The notes under the pieces: model-generated | What the model was told of the DNA's origin: nothing | Seen by the model: the letters and a program-made list of their open reading frames with translations, nothing else | The model's database searches: none | In this document: piece by piece, positions 1 through 8,089 of the stretch | Numbering within the stretch: the stretch's first letter is position 1 | How the letters are laid out: each line of letters starts with the position of its first letter | Program-made: the position numbers and the translations under genes | DNA from: SAR116 cluster bacterium | Lineage (GTDB): Bacteria; Pseudomonadota; Alphaproteobacteria; Puniceispirillales; Puniceispirillaceae | DNA length: 64,000 bases | Assembly (NCBI GenBank): GCA_004212735.1 | Contig: SHBD01000002.1 | Location: 156,323-220,322 of the forward strand | Reading direction: 5' to 3'

Positions 1-357
1 ATAAAATCCTGCACAGCCCATTGCAATGCCAAGCAACATCGAAGAACAGCAAAACAACGAATAGCTGGCGATCACGATCGCGATACCCTGGCCAAAAGCA
101 CCAAGGCTGCTGATCACCACTCCTGCAATGAAAATCGGGCGGCGGCCGAAGCGCGCCATCAAGAGTGATGCAGGAAGCGTCGTCATCATTGAGGTAAGAA
201 ATTGCAGTGACAACGGAAGTGTTGCGAGCCATGCAACTGGCGACAACAACGCGCCAACAAGTGCCGTGTTGATGATGTTCACATTCATCGTTGTCATGGA
301 CAAAGCCTGCGCTGCCGCAAGGCGCAGAACATTACTGCGGTGAGATGCTATTTTCAT
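1..357 (-). CDS. MFS transporter, N-terminal part (gene runs off the window start)
   Basis: Reverse-strand ATG at 357-355. My hand translation MKIASHRSNVLRLAAAQALSMTTMNVNIINTALVG...LLMARFGRRPIFIAG stays open to base 1. Hydrophobic helices and a GRR loop resemble MFS motif A. Confidence 0.7.
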   Translation of the reverse strand, partial: MKIASHRSNVLRLAAAQALSMTTMNVNIINTALVGALLSPVAWLATLPLSLQFLTSMMTTLPASLLMARFGRRPIFIAGVVISSLGAFGQGIAIVIASYSLFCCSSMLLGIAMGCAGFY

Positions 358-441
358 CACGCGTCGCCCCCAGCAACCATGAGACCGTGCTTCACCCTGC
401 CTACCTGGTATTCTGAGGCAGGATCACACGCATCGGAGAGA

Positions 442-852
442 TCAGCTGGGTTTCAGCTTACGGCCAAAGAGCTCGAGCCTATGGTCAACGAGCTCATAAC
501 CCATCTCGCGCGCGACCTGTTCTTTCAGCGCTTCAAGTTCCGCGTGATAGAACTCAAGAACTTCGCCTGTTTCCACATCGACGAGATGTTCGTGATGCTC
601 CCCCGCCTCTTCATAGCGGGCGCGGCCATCACCGAATTCCAGTCGCTCAATAACCCCAGCTTCCTCAAGCAGCTTTACTGTTCTGTAGACTGTGGCAATC
701 GAAATCGTGTTGTCCTGCTCAACCGAGCGGCGATACAGCTCATCAACATCCGGATGATCCTCAGAGTCACCAATCACCCCGATTATGATTTGCCGCTGGC
801 TGGTCATTCGAATGCCCTTTTGCAGGCATTTTTCAAGGAGGCCGTTTCCCAT
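442..852 (-). CDS. Fur-family metalloregulator (Irr/Mur-like, no CxxC pairs)
   Basis: 136 aa. Winged-helix part SIATVYRTVKLLEEAGVIERLEF. His-rich metal site EHHEHLVDVETGEVLEF and C-terminal VDHRLELFG are typical of alphaproteobacterial Fur-family proteins. Confidence 0.85.
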   Translation of the reverse strand: MGNGLLEKCLQKGIRMTSQRQIIIGVIGDSEDHPDVDELYRRSVEQDNTISIATVYRTVKLLEEAGVIERLEFGDGRARYEEAGEHHEHLVDVETGEVLEFYHAELEALKEQVAREMGYELVDHRLELFGRKLKPS

Positions 853-1068
853 TTAGAGAGTCCGTATCGTGGAAATCCAAAAACACACTATAGGCATGAT
901 GCCATCATCAATCCACCCCACAGAACAGGAAAATAACCTACCCTCCCGATTGCCAGTATGCAGGCACACAATGTCTCATAGCCCACAGGGTCCAATGCGC
1001 CTGTCTTTGCCACCGAACAATGCTGCATTTTGATTGACCACAATCGTGCAAATGTTGGAGGGTGGCGC

Positions 1069-2034
1069 ATGAGTTTTGTTTCCCGTAGCCGTAATGTCTC
1101 ACCAACAGCAACAGGCATCCTGCAACTTTGTGCCGGCATGCTGATAATCCCGATTCTCGATGTTTTCGCCAAACTTCTTGGTGGAAGGCTTGATCCTGTT
1201 GAAGTGACATTGATGCGGTTCATCATGCAGGCCTGCCTGATGGCACCCTTCGTCATCTATCTGCGACTTTGGCAAATCCCGCCAAACACCTTGCTAATTC
1301 AGGCGGCGCGGGGTGTCCTGCTTGCTATTGCCACTGTCTGCTTTTTTGCCGCCTTGCAGCATCTGCCGATGGCCGAAGCCATTGCTATTTATTTCGCCCA
1401 ACCGATAATTTTGACGATTTTATCGGCTATGTTTCTTGGCGAGACGATCAGAGCCCGCAGAATCTTCGCGATCATAGTGGGGATGGTTGGCACCGTGATC
1501 ATCCTACAACCAAGTGTTGTGATGTTTGGTGCGGCCGCAGCATTCCCGCTGGGATCATCCATCGCCATGGCACTCTATATGGTGCTGACGCGCAAAATCG
1601 CCGGTTCAGTGCATCCCTACCAAATGCAGTTCATTGTCGGCATTGCGGCTGTTGCGGTGCTGGGTCTTGCATTGATCATCGGGGCGGCAGCCGGGCTTCC
1701 CGGAACCAGCTTTCTGGTTCCAAGCAAACAGGAATTGATCTGGATTTTTGGCATGGGACTGGCAGCAACAATCGGCCATGCCTTTATCGTCTGGGCGATG
1801 GGCAATGCCCCTGCCAATGTTCTGGCACCTTTTCAGTATGTTGAAATCGTTGGCGCGGCGACGCTTGGTTATTTGGTATTCAATGATGTACCCGCCGACA
1901 GTACCATGCTGGGCGTCGCGATCATTGTGTTAAGCGGGGTTTATCTATTTCATCGCGAGCGACAAGTCAGTCTTGCGAGAGCTGATGCAGGTGTCGACCA
2001 TCGACAACCGGGCTCAACCAAGCCGGACCGTTAG
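1069..2034 (+). CDS. DMT superfamily (EamA-like) transporter
   Basis: About 10 predicted hydrophobic helices in two EamA-like halves. The ATG at 1069 is preceded by GGAGGG; the longer ORF start at 1030 is less likely. Confidence 0.8.
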   Translation: MSFVSRSRNVSPTATGILQLCAGMLIIPILDVFAKLLGGRLDPVEVTLMRFIMQACLMAPFVIYLRLWQIPPNTLLIQAARGVLLAIATVCFFAALQHLPMAEAIAIYFAQPIILTILSAMFLGETIRARRIFAIIVGMVGTVIILQPSVVMFGAAAAFPLGSSIAMALYMVLTRKIAGSVHPYQMQFIVGIAAVAVLGLALIIGAAAGLPGTSFLVPSKQELIWIFGMGLAATIGHAFIVWAMGNAPANVLAPFQYVEIVGAATLGYLVFNDVPADSTMLGVAIIVLSGVYLFHRERQVSLARADAGVDHRQPGSTKPDR

Positions 2035-2822
2035 CCGGCGTCACCATTATCTTTGTCGGTTGATGCCTCAGACTCTCCCGCCCGCGCCCGATAAAACCGA
2101 ATGACCGCAATGGGGATGCTGGCAGCATAAAGAGTTGTAATGACGAGATAAGTGATCCAAGGCTGGGTCACCAAACCAGCCATCAACAGGCCGATCAACG
2201 CCAGCACAGGAAGCACAGTCGAAACCGGGAGTTTCAATCGTTTGCCGGCAAAGGTCGGTATCGCACTGACAGCGCCAGCCCCGATCAGCACGAGCCAAGC
2301 GGACACATAGGCTGGTTCGCGAACAAAACCGAGCTGGAACTCAAGCTCAACACAAATCGGCATCAGCACCAGAAACCCTGATGCCGGCGCTGGAATGCCG
2401 GTAAAATAGTCCTTAGCGTACTCAGGCGGATTCGGCAATTCAGAGTCAAAACGGGCAAGACGAAGGGCAATCGACACCGCATAAAACAGGGTTGCCCACC
2501 AAGCGACCCGTCCGGAGTCCTGTAAAGCCCAGAGATACAGGCACAAGGCAGGAACGACGCCAAACACCACCAGGTCGGACAGGCTGTCAAGCGCGGCACC
2601 AAAGGCCGATGAGGTTTTAAAACGACGGGCTGTTCGCCCGTCTAGCGCATCAAAAACCGCTGCCAGTGCTACCAGAACAATGACGCCTGCCCAGCGGCCA
2701 TCAAGCGCAAACTTGAGGGCTGTCAAACCTGAGACCAGACCCGCCACGGTAAGCATATTTGGTATCAGCCAGAAAAGGGAAACGGACCGAAATCCCTTGT
2801 TTTTTGGGTGTTTCGCTGTCAT
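2031..2822 (-). CDS. pssA: CDP-diacylglycerol--serine O-phosphatidyltransferase
   Basis: CDP-alcohol phosphatidyltransferase motif DALDGRTARRFKTSSAFGAALDSLSD (D-x2-DG-x2-AR-x8-G-x3-D-x3-D). Membrane protein. Its start overlaps the psd stop (TGATG at 2820-2824). Confidence 0.85.
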   Translation of the reverse strand: MTAKHPKNKGFRSVSLFWLIPNMLTVAGLVSGLTALKFALDGRWAGVIVLVALAAVFDALDGRTARRFKTSSAFGAALDSLSDLVVFGVVPALCLYLWALQDSGRVAWWATLFYAVSIALRLARFDSELPNPPEYAKDYFTGIPAPASGFLVLMPICVELEFQLGFVREPAYVSAWLVLIGAGAVSAIPTFAGKRLKLPVSTVLPVLALIGLLMAGLVTQPWITYLVITTLYAASIPIAVIRFYRARAGESEASTDKDNGDAG

Positions 2823-3529
2823 CAGCGCTCGCTCATCTGAGATGGCTCCGGGATCACGCCAGACATATCCGCGATGACTGTCTCACCAGCGATTGTCTTC
2901 TGTCCTACCAACACCGGTACTGGCATATTTGCCGGCACCCAAACATCAACACGGCTACCAAAGCGGATAATGCCAAATTGCTGGCCAACCGACAAATGAT
3001 CGCCAACGGCTGTTTCCAGCAGAATCCGTCGCGCAACAAGGCCAGCGATCTGGACAACGCCAACTTTCTGGCCATCCTGACATTGCAGGACCACATTCTG
3101 TCGCTCATTTTTTTCAGACGCCTTGTCCAGACTGGCATTGAGAAACTGTCCTTTGTGATAGCTTGTGGCCACCACTACACCCGAGACCGGCGCTCTATTC
3201 ACATGTACGTCAAACACATTCATGAAAATTGAAATGCGTCGCCAATCGCCATCCGGAAGATCGAGGTCATCGGGGACGGGGACGACACCTTTCGACAAAA
3301 CGCGTCCATCAGCAGGCGCTATCACCAGATTTTCAGTTACAGGTGTTGTACGTTTTGGGTTTCTAAAGAAATAGACACACCACAGACACAGCAGCGTTCC
3401 CGGCAGAGTGAATGGCTGCCAGTAATAGCTGATTAGCAGGCTGACCAGAACGAACAGGAAAATGAAGGGCCACCCCGCGGGATGAACCGGCACAAAAACC
3501 TCTTCGGTCACGCTTTTATAGATATTCAT
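2822..3529 (-). CDS. psd: phosphatidylserine decarboxylase proenzyme
   Basis: 235 aa with an N-terminal membrane anchor. FGSRVD self-cleavage-type motif near the C-terminus. Translationally coupled to pssA. Confidence 0.85.
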   Translation of the reverse strand: MNIYKSVTEEVFVPVHPAGWPFIFLFVLVSLLISYYWQPFTLPGTLLCLWCVYFFRNPKRTTPVTENLVIAPADGRVLSKGVVPVPDDLDLPDGDWRRISIFMNVFDVHVNRAPVSGVVVATSYHKGQFLNASLDKASEKNERQNVVLQCQDGQKVGVVQIAGLVARRILLETAVGDHLSVGQQFGIIRFGSRVDVWVPANMPVPVLVGQKTIAGETVIADMSGVIPEPSQMSER

Positions 3530-3663
3530 TACGTTCTTCGCCTGTACATCACACCGGATCCGTTGAAATGGTCTAAATTCATAGATACACAGCGGTTTTG
3601 ATACACCTGTCGTCTGGTAAATGGAAGCCTCTTGACTGCCACGCGTTATAACCAGATGTCACG

Positions 3664-4470
3664 TCATTGAGATATCAAACCACGCAGGAGAAGCTCATGG
3701 CGTTTTTCCTCGATGATCTCCTGCCTGAGACGGCGGCGAAATGGCAGGCCAGCAATCTCAACCTCGCACTCTTCAACGGGCAAGGGCTGTTGCTCAGCCA
3801 GGGGTGTCACCGGTGTGATTGAAATATGTGGCATTTTTCGTTCTGATTCCGGCGTGTAGTTGAGGCGGGGCACCGTTGAGACAGGCGTCACCTTTGCAGC
3901 TGGCGTCATGGTTTTTGGCAAGCGATACAGAGCCAAACGGTCTGACTGATGCCTTTGAACCTTAACGGTTGAGGCCTTACCACTCGCACGGAGCAGAAAC
4001 TCGTCAACCAGAACCGTCTGCCAGTTGCAGGCCTCGATCTCCCAGGGTCTTTTGTGCCATTCAATCTGATCGATCGGCGTCAATGTTGCCTTGCACCAAC
4101 TTGCAATATGAATTTGCCGCGCAGCCGTACCAGCGCCAACTCGCCGCCTTTGGACACGTAGACGGCCATGACAAATCTGCGATATGTGGATCAACTCATG
4201 CGCGATGACTTCCATCGCGTCACGCATGCCAACCGAAACCGATGCCGTAAAGGTGAAGTCCGTCGGTAGCACGTACCGTAGGAAGCCTTTTTGCGAAATC
4301 ATATAGTCTCGCGAAATTGGAACTCTGATTGGTTGTGCAGTGGTGTTTATGGTCACGCTCAATCGTCGCCTTAGATTCTCTGGCAACAGCCTATCAGCGA
4401 CATAGGCGGCAAACACCGCCAACAATTCAGCCTCTCCCGGGCGGGTGTCCAACGAATGAATGAAAAACAT
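3664..4470 (-). CDS. hypothetical protein with HExxH metallopeptidase-like motif
   Basis: 268 aa ORF. HELIH at nt 4186-4200 (verified by hand), with a downstream WEIEA that could supply a third ligand. Pro/Thr-rich linker and charged C-terminal tail. I recognise no family. Confidence 0.5.
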   Translation of the reverse strand: MFFIHSLDTRPGEAELLAVFAAYVADRLLPENLRRRLSVTINTTAQPIRVPISRDYMISQKGFLRYVLPTDFTFTASVSVGMRDAMEVIAHELIHISQICHGRLRVQRRRVGAGTAARQIHIASWCKATLTPIDQIEWHKRPWEIEACNWQTVLVDEFLLRASGKASTVKVQRHQSDRLALYRLPKTMTPAAKVTPVSTVPRLNYTPESERKMPHISITPVTPLAEQQPLPVEECEVEIAGLPFRRRLRQEIIEEKRHELLLRGLISQ

Positions 4471-4731
4471 CTAAAAAGCCGGAACAAATAACAGAAAAAG
4501 GCACCCGCCGAACCCATCAGGGCCGGCATTTTCAACGCGAATAATGCGGCCAATTAATATTTGATCTGAACAGTTGAATTAGTGCCTGACATTGGCGCCA
4601 CCCATCACCAAATTCCAGAACAGGGATTTGTCGGGACCATTGACCTTGATGTGTTATCCCCTACATTCTTGGCTCTTAGTAAATTGAGGCAGTGGCTTAC
4701 AAAAATCCGCCCAGCGAAGGGATGCACAATA

Positions 4732-5106
4732 ATGGACAATATGTTTGAAACAGGACTTGCAAAGCGAAAAGGCACCCTTGGTGCTGACTATGTCGAAAAG
4801 ACCTTTGAGAATGCCGACGATTTCAATCGGCCCTTTCAGGAAGCCATGACAGCATGGTGTTGGGGATTCGGCTGGGGCGATGAGGCCATTGATGCCAAGA
4901 CGAGATCGATGATGAATCTGACGATGATTGGTGCCCTTGGCAAAATGCATGAATGGGAATTGCATTGCCGAGGTGCCATCCGTAACGGTGTCTCAAAGGA
5001 TGAGTTGAGGGCTATTTTGCACGTAATCGGCATCTATTGCGGTGTGCCACAAGCGTTGGAATGCTTTCGCGTTGCACAAAAAGTCGTTGAAGAAGAACAG
5101 CTCTAG
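4732..5106 (+). CDS. carboxymuconolactone decarboxylase (CMD/AhpD-like) family protein
   Basis: 124 aa from the ATG at 4732. TRSMMNLTMIGALGKMHEWELHCRGAIRNGVSKDELRAILHVIGIYCGVP is typical of PcaC-like CMD domains. Confidence 0.8.
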   Translation: MDNMFETGLAKRKGTLGADYVEKTFENADDFNRPFQEAMTAWCWGFGWGDEAIDAKTRSMMNLTMIGALGKMHEWELHCRGAIRNGVSKDELRAILHVIGIYCGVPQALECFRVAQKVVEEEQL

Positions 5107-5323
5107 GGGTGTGATGTCGCGGCGTTCTGGCGCTTTGCGCGTTTAATTGGGAACTTTTGACAGCATCAATTAGCCGAAAAGGCACATTTTATGCACATAA
5201 AACCTAGACAACCGCTTAATTTTAGGCGACTTTCTAAATTGTTTAGCTGTGATGTAGAAAGCTATAACGATGCGGACTAATCATCGCTGTTGGAACACAG
5301 AAGTTAACTGGGGAGCATTTTTC

Positions 5324-6523
5324 ATGCGCCGGCTACTTAAGTATATTATTGCAGGCTCTGTCGCAGCAGGAACTGCTCAGGCATTTGCAGGTGGCCTTCC
5401 AGAGACGAAGGCCAATGGAGACAGTGCTTCAACCAGCGCTGTATCTACAACCTCAATTAACACAAGCGGCACCACTACGGCCTCAATAGATGCGACATCT
5501 TCTGCCGGCTCCTCCGGCTCAGATGGCACGACAGCAACGGCTGAGAGTGATCTCGCAGACGCAAGCCAAGCCTCACAGGATGCCACCACTGGTGGAGTGG
5601 AGCAGGGCAACGTAGAGGCAGGTGCGTTTGTCGCCATCGAGGATGATCCGCTAATCATCGATGCCTCATCTGTAATGGATGGTGACGGCGTTGGCAGTAT
5701 TTCGGTCCAATGGCAGGCATCATCCAACAACAAAGATTGGTTAAATCTAACCGGAGAAGTTAGGCAGTCCTTTACACCACGTGAAGAGCATGTTGGCAAA
5801 CGGCTTCGTGTTGAACTGTCTTATGTTGACGGGCAGGGCAATCTGGAAACAATTCTCAGCCCACCATCCAGCCCTGTTCAGAATGTCAATGACAAGCCTA
5901 TCGGTTCACCACAGCTTGTCGGGCTCGCTCAGGAGGAAGATGCGCTCAAAGTCGATACGAGCATGATTGCTGACGAGGATGGTCTTGGCACCTACTCAAT
6001 CATTTGGCAACGCTCCAGCACAAAAACGGAATGGCAGGCATTTCCCGAGGTTGTCGGCGAACTGTTGCAACTGGAGCAGCGCCATGTCGGCTATTCTTAT
6101 CGGGCGGTGGTGTCCTATGTTGACAGCCATGGCACCAAGGAAATTTTGGTAACAAGCCCATCCGAATCGGTTGTTAACGTCGATGATCCGGTTCAGGGCG
6201 AGGTTATGCTGACTGGAGAACCCTCCGAGGGTCAGACCATCGTTGCCAGCACCGCACGAATTTCGGACGAGGATGGCATCGCCAGCATGTCAGTGGGGTG
6301 GGAGTCATCAACTGATGGCCGCAACTGGCGGGTGATTGAAACTGCTGGAACAACACAGATCCCGCTGACGCAGGCACTGGTCAACCGGCAGATTCGCGCC
6401 CGTGTTGCCGTTGTCGACAGTTTCGGCATTGAGACGGTGATCTTCAGCCAAGCAACCAACACGGTTAAGAACGTCAACAACAAACCGGCTGGAACGATAT
6501 TTGTCCGCCGTGTTGGAAACTAA
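5324..6523 (+). CDS. secreted protein with Ser/Thr-rich linker and three tandem ~98-aa adhesin-type repeats
   Basis: GGGGAG lies upstream of the ATG at 5324. Signal peptide MRRLLKYIIAGSVAAGTAQAFA, then a low-complexity S/T region, then three repeats each ending NVN(D/N)KP.G or NVDDPVQG. Confidence 0.7.
   Translation: MRRLLKYIIAGSVAAGTAQAFAGGLPETKANGDSASTSAVSTTSINTSGTTTASIDATSSAGSSGSDGTTATAESDLADASQASQDATTGGVEQGNVEAGAFVAIEDDPLIIDASSVMDGDGVGSISVQWQASSNNKDWLNLTGEVRQSFTPREEHVGKRLRVELSYVDGQGNLETILSPPSSPVQNVNDKPIGSPQLVGLAQEEDALKVDTSMIADEDGLGTYSIIWQRSSTKTEWQAFPEVVGELLQLEQRHVGYSYRAVVSYVDSHGTKEILVTSPSESVVNVDDPVQGEVMLTGEPSEGQTIVASTARISDEDGIASMSVGWESSTDGRNWRVIETAGTTQIPLTQALVNRQIRARVAVVDSFGIETVIFSQATNTVKNVNNKPAGTIFVRRVGN
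5609..6493 (+). repeat. three in-frame tandem coding repeats (about 294-297 nt each: 5609-5905, 5906-6199, 6200-6493)
   Basis: Shared pattern within each unit: D(E/G)DG(L/V/I)(G/A)..S..W(Q/E).S....W......G......L.....VG...R..VSYVD..G..E...S......V.NVND.P.G. Confidence 0.7.
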
Positions 6524-6558
6524 TCTGTTTCGTTAACAACGAGACATACTTAACAACG

Positions 6559-6586
6559 AAAAGAGGCCTCGCGGCCTCTTTTTTCG
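6559..6586 (+). terminator. Rho-independent terminator
   Basis: AAAAGAGGCC-TCGC-GGCCTCTTTT followed by more T residues, 36 nt after the stop of the repeat protein. Confidence 0.75.
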
Positions 6587-6772
6587 ACTATTTTTGACAT
6601 TGTTGCGTTTTTTGCTTTGCAGTGAAGATTATTCGGTACACACTACATATCGTATGGAACAGCTGGTTTTACATCTAGGTGTTGATAGGTTGCGCAAGGC
6701 AAAAGCCGATCTACGGCCCCATCCATATATGTTATCCAAAACTAAGTCTGACCTGACACGAGGGAGCATAAA

Positions 6773-7063
6773 ATGCGTTTGACCGACCGTGAAGCACGTC
6801 CGGAATGCAGCATCATTCCGTTCCACCGCCCTGAAGACCAGCCGGAAAATCTGACAACGACAAGTATTGCCGCTGTCATCGCGGTAACGATCCTGCACTC
6901 TGACAAAGTGTCTCCCGAGGAAAAACTGCTTGAGATCATTGAGGCTAGTGGCGAAGCAGAGGTGCTGGACGCAGATGACGCAGCAGCTGAGTTTGAGACG
7001 TCTCAGGATGAGATATTGCCCATAGCCACGAACGACAACAGCATTGCCACCATTAGTGGGTAG
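6773..7063 (+). CDS. small acidic hypothetical protein (96 aa)
   Basis: GAGGGAG lies 9 nt upstream of the ATG. Composition is plausible and acidic, unlike the Cys/Arg-rich antisense ORF. Followed by the palindrome TAGGTGCACCTA and an imperfect hairpin plus T-tract near 7081-7130. Confidence 0.4.
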   Translation: MRLTDREARPECSIIPFHRPEDQPENLTTTSIAAVIAVTILHSDKVSPEEKLLEIIEASGEAEVLDADDAAAEFETSQDEILPIATNDNSIATISG

Positions 7064-7174
7064 GTGCACCTAAAAACAGCGCCGACTGTCGTGCGAAGCC
7101 ATCTGACGTGCGACAGGAGCGCCGTTTTATTCGTGGTGTCTTGTAGGCAAATGCCGGCAAAATTAAAATAGGGT

Positions 7175-7798
7175 TTATTTTCCCTGGAATTGCTGAACAA
7201 CCCGCCATGCGGCTGGCATCGCCACCGCTGCGATAAGGATTTTCAAAAGATCACCATAGATGAATGGCATTAGACCACCAGCAATAGCCTTTTCCAATCC
7301 GATGAAACCCTGCAACCAGGCGACACCGCAGGTGTAAATGACCAGATTGCCAAGAACCATCGCCATGACAGTGCCAAACATCGTGCGGCCCATACCCCGC
7401 AGCGCCAATACGCCAACAAGAAATGCGGCTGGGACAAATCCAATCAAATACCCGCCTGTGAAGCTGGCAAGGACAGGCCATCCCGCTGCTCCACCGGCGA
7501 AGACAGGCAATCCCATCCCCCCTTCGAGCAGATAGGCAACAATCGTCGCGGCACCGAGAGTTGGGCCATAAGCCATGCCGATAAGCAGAACCATAAGTGT
7601 TTGGCCAGTCACTGGAACCGGATACCACGGAACCTCAATCTGAGCCGAAAGACCAATCAATGCCGATCCGGCAATAACCAGAAACAAACGCGACAACAGC
7701 GTCATGAAAAGGTCATCGGCAAAGCGCTGAGAAATTGTGAATGAAGCAAGTGTTTCAAGGGGCTGTCTGGCGCCTGCCATCTGATCCTGGCTTTTCAT
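7175..7798 (-). CDS. bioY: biotin transporter BioY
   Basis: VPWYPVPVTGQTLMVLLIGMAYGP...FTGGYLIGF matches the BioY family signature. Six hydrophobic segments. The start could be further downstream. Confidence 0.8.
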   Translation of the reverse strand: MKSQDQMAGARQPLETLASFTISQRFADDLFMTLLSRLFLVIAGSALIGLSAQIEVPWYPVPVTGQTLMVLLIGMAYGPTLGAATIVAYLLEGGMGLPVFAGGAAGWPVLASFTGGYLIGFVPAAFLVGVLALRGMGRTMFGTVMAMVLGNLVIYTCGVAWLQGFIGLEKAIAGGLMPFIYGDLLKILIAAVAMPAAWRVVQQFQGK

Positions 7799-8043
7799 AT
7801 CCCATTATTCCAATTCTGATCGTTACTGAGAGCCAAGCGTTGCCCGACATCTTACTGACAATTTACGGATATCCGTCAAAGAGACAAGAAAATAACCATC
7901 ACAGTCACATTTTGCCGGACAACCAATCAAAAAACCGTTTATAAGCGTCGCAACCGGCATTGGTGATAACTGAATGCTGCTGCTCCCGGTCAATCGACGC
8001 CGGCACTCGCGCAGGTTCACATCATCATCCGGATCACCTGAGA

Positions 8044-8061
8044 AAAGGCAAATTTGCCTTT
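8044..8061. promoter_or_regulatory. perfect 18-bp palindrome AAAGGCAAATTTGCCTTT upstream of the purine permease gene (candidate operator)
   Basis: Seen directly. It lies 29 nt upstream of the ATG at 8090, in the 291-bp bioY/permease divergent region. Confidence 0.3.
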
Positions 8062-8089
8062 GACACTTATTTAGATTGGAAGTCACGTT

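Noticed and set aside
340-1256. ORFs 340-936 (+), 888-1256 (-) and 938-1210 (-) from the six-frame track
   Set aside because: They overlap, or lie antisense to, the well-supported Fur-family gene and its promoter region. They have Cys/Arg/His-rich, non-protein-like composition and no recognisable motifs. I treat them as shadow ORFs.
6629-7069. 146-aa minus-strand ORF in the 6.6-7.1 kb gap
   Set aside because: Cys/Arg-rich composition and no ribosome-binding site. It is fully antisense to the more plausible acidic plus-strand ORF 6773-7063.
7799-8089. Purine riboswitch upstream of the NCS2 permease
   Set aside because: I did not see the conserved three-way-junction core (UAUAAU...UGG...CUACC...) on the plus strand.
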